DNA of 16,544 bases from Silvanigrellaceae bacterium (GTDB taxonomy: Bacteria; Bdellovibrionota_B; Oligoflexia; Silvanigrellales; Silvanigrellaceae), in the NCBI GenBank assembly GCA_049423385.1, contig JBMSQQ010000074.1, forward strand, positions 1 through 16,544, given 5' to 3'. This document shows positions 1 through 6,208 of the stretch, one piece after another. Both the position numbers and the translations under genes were made by a program. The notes beneath the pieces were generated by a model. The model was not told where the DNA came from. It did not search any database and saw only the letters and a list, made by a program, of their open reading frames with translations. How positions within the stretch are numbered: the stretch's first letter is position 1; each line of letters starts with the position of its first letter.

Positions 1-38
1 GCGGCCCCTGAACGCTTGGGCTTTGAGGCTGACGCCAT
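1..38 (-). CDS. 5' end of an unidentified gene running off the left edge (MASASKPKRSGA...)
   Basis: CAT at 36-38 (ATG on minus), with GAGGAG Shine-Dalgarno (CTCCTC at 45-50) 6 nt upstream. The frame is open to position 1. Too short to identify; not in the ORF track. Confidence 0.6.
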   Translation of the reverse strand, partial: MASASKPKRSGA

Positions 39-204
39 GGCTGACTCCTCGGCTATAAGGTGGCTTTTCCAATGCGAAATCTTTCGCACTTCCACTCTGC
101 CGCAGAACGGTAAAATTTGCCGCAGGACTGGGGTGCAACTGGTGAGAATTTTATGACTTTTAGGGGTTGACCGTCAGAAATTTGACGCACTCCAGGAGGG
201 TTCT

Positions 205-1299
205 GTGCTGCACGGTGTGTTGGCGACCTGTCGCCCGGGCTTCGAAAAAGAATGTGCGGCGGAATTGAACGAGTGCGCAGCTCAGGCAGGCCTGACGGGA
301 TATTCCCAGGCAAAACCGGATGCCGGATATTGCCTGTTCATGTTTCACAGTCCCGTTGGAGAAAAGGTTTTCGGGATTTTCGACTGGAAGCAGTTGATTT
401 TTGCCCGCAGCGTCTGCTTCTTGATTCATCCGGTTCTCACAGTGCCCGAGGAAGACAGAATTTCGCCCATTCTGCAGGCCTTCACGGATGCCCCGCGGCC
501 CTTGCAAAAAATATCGCGCTTTCTGGTTGAATCGGCAGATTCCGATGAAGGCCGGGAATTGTCGGCATTCTGCAAGTCATTTTCGAGGCCGTTCAAGGTT
601 GCAATCGCCAAGAAGGGTTTTGCGGTTGAAGCATGGGACGAAGTCGTTCAAACAGAAGATGATTCTCGTTGTCTTCATGTTTTTTTCATCAACTATTCGA
701 ACGTCTACCTGGCTTTGTCGGCTCATCGTCACAACAGTCCATGGCCCAAGGGAATCGCCCGTCTCCGTTTTCCTTCAGATGCCCCGAGTCGATCGACGCT
801 GAAGCTGGAAGAGGCCTTCCTCAGTTTTTTAAGCGAAGATGAACGTGCTTCTGCGTTGTCGCCTGCCCGTCGTGCTGTTGACCTTGGCGCTTGTCCGGGG
901 GGTTGGACGTATCAATTTGTAAGACGTGGCGTGCGGACAACAGCGGTCGACAATGGCGCGATGGATGAGCGGCTGATGGAGAGTGGGTTGGTTGAACACT
1001 TGCGCGTTGATGGATTCAAGTTCTCCCCTGCCCGTCCGGTTGACTGGATGGTCTGCGACATGGTCGAACAACCACGACGTGTCGCCGAACTGGCATTGCA
1101 TTGGTGGACGAACCAGTCGGCCCGGCGCATCGTTGTGAATCTCAAGCTGCCCATGAAAAAGCGTTGGGTGGAAGTGTCAGAAATCAGGAAAATGATGAAC
1201 GAAACGCTGAAAAAAATGGGTCGATCCTATCGGCTGCATATCAAGCATCTCTATCACGATCGTGAAGAGGTGACTGTCTATCTTGGCCCGCACGGCTAA
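205..1299 (+). CDS. rlmM: 23S rRNA (cytidine2498-2'-O)-methyltransferase RlmM
   Basis: GTG start 5 nt after AGGAGG (194-199). RlmM motifs: CRPGFEKECAAEL, LIFAR, G.RLRFPSDAPSRSTLKLEEAF, SAM-binding AVDLGACPGGWT, VDNG, VCDMVEQP, NLKLPMKKR, HLYHDREEVT. 364 aa. Confidence 0.95.
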   Translation: MLHGVLATCRPGFEKECAAELNECAAQAGLTGYSQAKPDAGYCLFMFHSPVGEKVFGIFDWKQLIFARSVCFLIHPVLTVPEEDRISPILQAFTDAPRPLQKISRFLVESADSDEGRELSAFCKSFSRPFKVAIAKKGFAVEAWDEVVQTEDDSRCLHVFFINYSNVYLALSAHRHNSPWPKGIARLRFPSDAPSRSTLKLEEAFLSFLSEDERASALSPARRAVDLGACPGGWTYQFVRRGVRTTAVDNGAMDERLMESGLVEHLRVDGFKFSPARPVDWMVCDMVEQPRRVAELALHWWTNQSARRIVVNLKLPMKKRWVEVSEIRKMMNETLKKMGRSYRLHIKHLYHDREEVTVYLGPHG

Positions 1300-1340
1300 A
1301 AGAAGAATTGGCTCTCTGGTGTTCACATGGGATCGGAAAA

Positions 1341-1988
1341 ATGATGAAACAACAGGTTGGAATTCTTGATTACGGCGCAGGAAATTTTGGCTCCGTCAAG
1401 CGCGCCGTTGAAGCTCTTTCCATTGTGCCTCGTGCCGTTCGCACGGCCGATGATCTGCATGGCATCAGTCATCTGATTTTTCCCGGCGTTGGTTCTGCGC
1501 GTCAGGCCATGAGCGAATTGAAGAGCCGTGGCTTGGATGAGAGCATCAAAAAATACGCCGAATCCGGACGGCCGTTGTTGGGTATTTGTGTTGGTATGCA
1601 AGTGCTGGGTGCATGGTCTGAGGAGGGTGATACCCGGTGTCTCGATTTGCTTCCCTACGAAGTTCGAAAGTTCAATTGCTCTGATCCGATTCCTCACATG
1701 GGTTGGAATTCGCTGCAATGGAATCGCGAACACCCGCTGTTCGATGCAACCTCGCGTGAGCTTGCGGCCGACACCAATCTTTATTTTGTCCATTCCTACG
1801 GTTTTTTTGTGCATGACGAATCGGTTCGCAAATTTGTTGTCGCCGAAAGCGAATATGGCGGGCGTCGATTTGCAGCCTTGGTCGGTTGCCAGAACATTTG
1901 GGGTTCGCAGTGCCACATCGAGAAAAGCGGCCAGGCCGGACTGCAGATCATCCGTAATTTCCTGAACTCAGGGGAAGCGAAATGCTGA
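1341..1988 (+). CDS. hisH: Imidazole glycerol phosphate synthase, glutamine amidotransferase subunit HisH
   Basis: Class I glutamine amidotransferase motifs: ILDYGAGN, IFPGVG, LGICVGMQ (catalytic Cys), PHMGWN, YFVHSY, QCHIEKSG (His/Glu). Start placed at ATG 1341 (or 1344) rather than TTG 1308 because the family motif begins just after. Overlaps the hisF start. Confidence 0.93.
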   Translation: MMKQQVGILDYGAGNFGSVKRAVEALSIVPRAVRTADDLHGISHLIFPGVGSARQAMSELKSRGLDESIKKYAESGRPLLGICVGMQVLGAWSEEGDTRCLDLLPYEVRKFNCSDPIPHMGWNSLQWNREHPLFDATSRELAADTNLYFVHSYGFFVHDESVRKFVVAESEYGGRRFAALVGCQNIWGSQCHIEKSGQAGLQIIRNFLNSGEAKC

Positions 1989-2749
1989 AAAAACGCATCA
2001 TTCCCTGTCTCGACATCAAGCAGGGACGAGTGACGAAAGGCGTGGAATTCAAGAACAACATCGACGTGGGCGATGCGGTTGAGTTGTCTCGTTATTACAG
2101 TGAAAATGGCGCCGATGAGATTGTGATTTACGACATCGCTGCAAGTGCGGAGCGCAGACCACCAGACTTTACAAACATTGAACGTATTGCGGCCCAGAGT
2201 TTCATTCCAATCTGCATTGGCGGTGGAATACGCGATTTTTCTGATGCTGCTCGTTGCATTGCGAGTGGAGCAGAGAAGGTCTCACTCAACAGCATTGCAC
2301 CACAGAAGCCGGAGCTGATTTCCGAGATTGCAAACCATTTTGGGGTTCAGGCGGTTGTTCTGAGTCTGGATGTGTTGCGTGATTCGAGTTGTCCGAGCGG
2401 ATTTCGACTTTTTGTGCAGGGTGGTCGAACTCCCACGCAATGGGACATGCTCGATTGGATTTCATTTGCTGTGCCCAAGGGCGTTGGAGAAATCTGTGTC
2501 AACAGTATTGATCAGGATGGCAAACGCAATGGCTACGATATTGCGTTGTTGCAGTCCATCAAATCGAGCGTCCATGTTCCTGTGATTGCCTCGGGTGGTG
2601 CGGGGAACATTGCACACGTCGCGGATGCTTTGCGTGCAGGTGCGGATGCTGCACTGGTGGCAAGCATTGTTCACTCGGGTGAGGTTTCCCTGCTTGAACT
2701 CAAGCGGCAGCTTTTCAGCGAAGGAATCAGCGTGCGTCTGGACTGGTGA
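1982..2749 (+). CDS. hisF: Imidazole glycerol phosphate synthase, cyclase subunit HisF
   Basis: MLKKRIIPCLD (catalytic Asp11), GRVTKG, GADEIVIYDI.AS, GGGI, GAEKVSLNS, VLSLD, GEI..NSIDQDG..GYD, PVIASGGAG. 255 aa; 7-nt overlap with hisH. Confidence 0.96.
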   Translation: MLKKRIIPCLDIKQGRVTKGVEFKNNIDVGDAVELSRYYSENGADEIVIYDIAASAERRPPDFTNIERIAAQSFIPICIGGGIRDFSDAARCIASGAEKVSLNSIAPQKPELISEIANHFGVQAVVLSLDVLRDSSCPSGFRLFVQGGRTPTQWDMLDWISFAVPKGVGEICVNSIDQDGKRNGYDIALLQSIKSSVHVPVIASGGAGNIAHVADALRAGADAALVASIVHSGEVSLLELKRQLFSEGISVRLDW

Positions 2750-4010
2750 AACGTTCTACCCGTGCTTTTCCGCCGCGCTGCGCGTATTCGACAAGCTTGG
2801 TTCTCTCGGATTCATCGCCGAACAACATCCACACCATGAAGTGTTGAAATCCTTCCCTGGCATTCTGAATGTCGTAAAAAATTCCGGATGGACTTTGAAC
2901 GGGCATGAACTTGATTGATTCCATGTCCTGACTCGAAACAATCCTGGGCCGCACCAGTGATTGATTTTTTTGGGTTGGTTGGCGGAATCCAAGTGCAATG
3001 AGTTTTTTGCCTTGTTGAATCAATATCACATCGCTGTCAGTTGCAGACTTTGCCGCGATGAATTCTGTTTTTGTGTTCGAGTCATTTTCTGTTTGGAATC
3101 CAAAGAAAACTCCACTGCCCTTGGCAAAGGAGTTGCCTGCAAAAGGCAAATCGAGGACGACGGGAAAGTAGAGTGCGTCTTCGTAGAAAGATACATCGCA
3201 GCAGATTTGGCTGTTGATTTTCATTGCCAAGATATTGAGTGCGACTGCGACCTCGATGTTGAGGCTTTGCGGCCCGCGCGACAAACTGGTGATTTGCGAA
3301 ACGAGATCATCGTCCTTGAACTTCATGTTGAAGAGGTATTTGGGCTTGAGATACGCCTTCAATTCACTCGCAGTCAGTACTGGTTTTTCCTCCGAACGAT
3401 TGCGAATCTCGCTGAAGAAAATATTTTTTTCTGACTCGTGGACGTAGTCGTATTTGGGTGTCGATATCTTTCGATTGGTAATGTCATACTTGATGTTCCG
3501 GGGTGAATATTCATTGGCAGGCGCACCACAATCAACTATGAATGCAGTCCTTTGGCCATCCTCCAGGGTCAGCTTGAGGACGGTTTGCGCCAAAGGTGAA
3601 TTGCATGTGGTTTTCACCTGCGTGTTAATTTTTTTGAGGCATTCGCTGTTGCAGTCCGCAAAATCCCTGTCGTCGAGAACAGCCCTGTGCACGTTTTGGA
3701 GTCGTCCCTGAAAGGGATCCGTGTTTTGTGGATGAGCAAGGTTGTTGCGTATTTTTCGGATTTCGTAAGGTTGTCTCAAGACCAGTGCGGCGTCGTCTTC
3801 CACTTCATCAATCTGAAGTGCGACACGCTGAACTGATGTCCCATCGGATTTTACGGCAATCAGATTTCGCCTTGCTGTTCCAAAAATTCCCGAGAGCTGA
3901 CTGGAGTTGAGCAGCACCGGATATGCCTGAGCAGAAACTGAAGTTGCAAACCCGGGGCTCAGCACCGACAAAATTTGGATGAACCGCACGAATTTTGCAA
4001 TCGTATTCAT
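2727..4010 (-). CDS. Exported hypothetical protein (about 427 aa, Sec signal peptide, beta-rich)
   Basis: Start reassigned from 4409 to ATG 4010: GGGAG SD upstream, N-terminus MNTIAKFVRFIQILSVLSPGFATSVSA|QAY looks like a signal peptide, and the extension would overlap the neighbouring gene. Contains several Cys. The 3' end overlaps hisF by 23 nt. Confidence 0.75.
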   Translation of the reverse strand: MNTIAKFVRFIQILSVLSPGFATSVSAQAYPVLLNSSQLSGIFGTARRNLIAVKSDGTSVQRVALQIDEVEDDAALVLRQPYEIRKIRNNLAHPQNTDPFQGRLQNVHRAVLDDRDFADCNSECLKKINTQVKTTCNSPLAQTVLKLTLEDGQRTAFIVDCGAPANEYSPRNIKYDITNRKISTPKYDYVHESEKNIFFSEIRNRSEEKPVLTASELKAYLKPKYLFNMKFKDDDLVSQITSLSRGPQSLNIEVAVALNILAMKINSQICCDVSFYEDALYFPVVLDLPFAGNSFAKGSGVFFGFQTENDSNTKTEFIAAKSATDSDVILIQQGKKLIALGFRQPTQKNQSLVRPRIVSSQDMESIKFMPVQSPSGIFYDIQNAREGFQHFMVWMLFGDESERTKLVEYAQRGGKARVERFTSPDAR

Positions 4011-4056
4011 GAACTCAACTCCCTGCTGCCTTGAGGCACGGGATCGATGAGTGCAA

Positions 4057-4602
4057 TCAACCCACGTGCGTGTGCTTGGTCGACATCCAGTCACCAATTT
4101 TTCTGAGTTCATTGGCGAAACCGGCTGACATCCGCAATTCAAGATACATGCCGAAGAGAGTCTCGACCACATCGGAGAGGAGCTGGGTGTTGGCAATCCG
4201 TGCCTGCATGTGACTTGCTGCATCGGGTGCCTGAACCGTGGGCAACCGAACGCCACGGAGTGCCAGATCGTCGGCACGCATGTTCCACATCCATTGCCGT
4301 TCCTTGTCTTGCAGAATAAATTTCGCTTCCTGCACGAGCTTGCCGGATTGCAACGCAACCAGAGCCTCTGCAGCGTACGCGGGTGTGCCACCCTTGAGCG
4401 ACTGTTCATGTGCAGAGCCCGAGGTCGAGATCAGGACAAGGCGGTCGTCGACGTAGAGCTTGTAAATTCCAAGCTCGCCCAAATCGACCTCATGACTTCC
4501 GGATTCGGTGTAGTACCAAAGCCAGGTGAGAAATTCGCGTCCCAAAAATGCCTGGTTGGTTTGCAAATATCTGAGGCTTTCGATGGGTAGATTGAGTTCC
4601 AT
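4057..4602 (-). CDS. RdgC-related hypothetical protein (short, about 181 aa)
   Basis: FLGREFLTWLWY...L.GG.P....EA..AL..GK...A pattern, which I recall from short RdgC-related proteins of deltaproteobacteria. Start probably ATG 4602 (MELNLPIESL...) rather than 4644. Family call is from memory, not a search. Confidence 0.6.
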   Translation of the reverse strand: MELNLPIESLRYLQTNQAFLGREFLTWLWYYTESGSHEVDLGELGIYKLYVDDRLVLISTSGSAHEQSLKGGTPAYAAEALVALQSGKLVQEAKFILQDKERQWMWNMRADDLALRGVRLPTVQAPDAASHMQARIANTQLLSDVVETLFGMYLELRMSAGFANELRKIGDWMSTKHTHVG

Positions 4603-4676
4603 GCGTGGGTCCCGCAGTTGCAGAGTGTATAGAGGTTCGTGCAAGTTGATGCTGAACCTAATAGGGGATTGAATCG

Positions 4677-5492
4677 ATGTCCAGCGATACTCAAGTCTTT
4701 GAAATTGCAGATAAGTGTATGAAACGCGCGGTTGAATTGTGCCGCGACTTCAGCCGCAAGCCTGTCGGCAAGCTGCGCAAGGGCGACAAGACCTGGGTGA
4801 CCGAAGCGGATCTTTTCATTGAAAAAGAGCTTCGTTCGATGATTGCCGCTGCTTTTCCAACACATGCCATAGTCGGCGAGGAAGAAGGTGGCACACTTTC
4901 AGCCATGAGCGACGCTGGTGGAGAGAATTGGTCCTGGATTCTTGATCCCATCGACGGGACGTTCAGTTTCGTCCACGGTGTCCCCTTTTATTCGTCATTG
5001 CTGGCGGTGCTTAAAAATGGCGTGCCACAGATCGGTTTCGCTGCGCTTCCGGAGCTTGGCATCGTCATGAGTGCAGAGCGAGGTCGTGGAGTCTGGATTA
5101 ATGGAGAAGTGTATCGAAGACCCGAGCGGCTCGGACAAGACGCAATCGAATTGATTGCAACCGCAGACCCCTACAGATTCCGGATGGAGAAAGTTGGTCA
5201 CCTCGTGAACGATTTCTATACAGGCGAGTTGAAGGCGAGGACTTACCCGGATGCTTTGGGGTACTATATGTTGCTGCAAGGTTCCGTAAGGGCATTCGTC
5301 GATCCCAAGGTCGAGATTTGGGACGTGGCGCCGTTTCATGTGATTCTTCCTGAAGCCGGTTTCACAATTCATTCTTGGACCCGGACGCACGAGAGCAGGT
5401 GCCTTGAAAGGGGTAGCAGTGTTGCCTACGCATTGGATGCAGGGGGGCGACCATTGGCAGTCGACGACGTTCTGAAGGTGTTGAAAGGTTGA
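4677..5492 (+). CDS. hisN: Inositol monophosphatase family protein, probable histidinol-phosphatase HisN
   Basis: IMPase motifs VTEAD, GEE, WILDPIDGT.SFVHGVP, EIWDVAP...ILPEAG. AGGGG SD (4663-4667). Lies near hisHF. The IMPase family is secure; HisN specificity is inferred. Confidence 0.72.
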   Translation: MSSDTQVFEIADKCMKRAVELCRDFSRKPVGKLRKGDKTWVTEADLFIEKELRSMIAAAFPTHAIVGEEEGGTLSAMSDAGGENWSWILDPIDGTFSFVHGVPFYSSLLAVLKNGVPQIGFAALPELGIVMSAERGRGVWINGEVYRRPERLGQDAIELIATADPYRFRMEKVGHLVNDFYTGELKARTYPDALGYYMLLQGSVRAFVDPKVEIWDVAPFHVILPEAGFTIHSWTRTHESRCLERGSSVAYALDAGGRPLAVDDVLKVLKG

Positions 5493-6208
5493 TGAGAAGC
5501 ATGGACGTGTTTTTTAGATCTTGGGGAATCCTGAAGGCGTTCGCCGTGGCGGCTTTCATTTGCCTTCAATTGTCATGTGTCAGTGGTCCGCAAAAAGCGC
5601 CCGACGTTTTGGTGGTCCAACGCAGCGAGTTGGGACGACCCCGATGGATGCAGGAAACCTTGCAGGTGGAACCCAATTCTGAAAAGTGGTTCGTGCATTC
5701 GAGCTCGGATCTGATGAGACTTGATTTGGGTATCAAGCAGACTCAAGCCAGCGGCTTGGCACTGCATTGCAAATTGCTGGCTGGGCGCATGCGTCTCGAA
5801 ATCCAGTCCGCCCTGGATCAACTGCGGGCTCAGGAAAAAAAATCGCAGCCCGAGAAGAATTTGCCTGCTGCGGAGGCATCGGAGGCCCAACCCCAACAAG
5901 GCAGCAAGCCCCCGTCGCAAGCCGAAGTCATTGAGGCAGCGCTCGCAAAACTCGCCGACTCGAAGGATTGCCCGGAATTGGAGCCCAAGGACGTCTATTG
6001 GGAAGAACTCCGCCGCCAGTCTGTCGAGGGACCCAAAACCAGCTATGATGTTTACGTTCTTCTCCGCCTGAAGCAGATTGATTTTGACGAGGTCCTTGCC
6101 ATGACGGCGAACTCTCTTAAACTGAGCGGTCGGGCCGACCTTGAACCGGTGGCCGAGATTTTAAGAGGCCGCATGAGCAGCGGCCCCCAAAGAGGAACCA
6201 ACGAATGA
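5492..6208 (+). CDS. Putative lipoprotein (LPP20-like features)
   Basis: ATG overlaps the hisN stop (TGATG 5490-5494). Hydrophobic leader ending LQLS|C, then RPRW near the N-terminus and YWEE...YDVYVLL near the C-terminus, with a Q/P/E-rich insert. The LPP20 resemblance is by eye. Confidence 0.65.
   Translation: MRSMDVFFRSWGILKAFAVAAFICLQLSCVSGPQKAPDVLVVQRSELGRPRWMQETLQVEPNSEKWFVHSSSDLMRLDLGIKQTQASGLALHCKLLAGRMRLEIQSALDQLRAQEKKSQPEKNLPAAEASEAQPQQGSKPPSQAEVIEAALAKLADSKDCPELEPKDVYWEELRRQSVEGPKTSYDVYVLLRLKQIDFDEVLAMTANSLKLSGRADLEPVAEILRGRMSSGPQRGTNE

Noticed and set aside
1341..2749. hisH/hisF as LPS-locus paralogues (WbuY/WbuZ type)
   Set aside because: HisF has canonical motifs, and there is no N-acetyl sugar amidotransferase or glycosyltransferase nearby.
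4011..4409. N-terminal 133-aa extension of ORF 2727..4409
   Set aside because: It overlaps the RdgC-like gene in another frame, and the SD and signal peptide point to ATG 4010.
4011..4599. 8-bp inverted repeat GAACTCAA / TTGAGTTC bracketing the RdgC-like gene (invertible or mobile segment?)
   Set aside because: Short enough to be chance, one copy lies inside the coding sequence, and there is no recombinase or target-site duplication.
5835..5842. A8 homopolymer in the lipoprotein gene as a phase-variation tract
   Set aside because: It encodes in-frame EKK in a charged linker, the frame is intact, and the tract is short.
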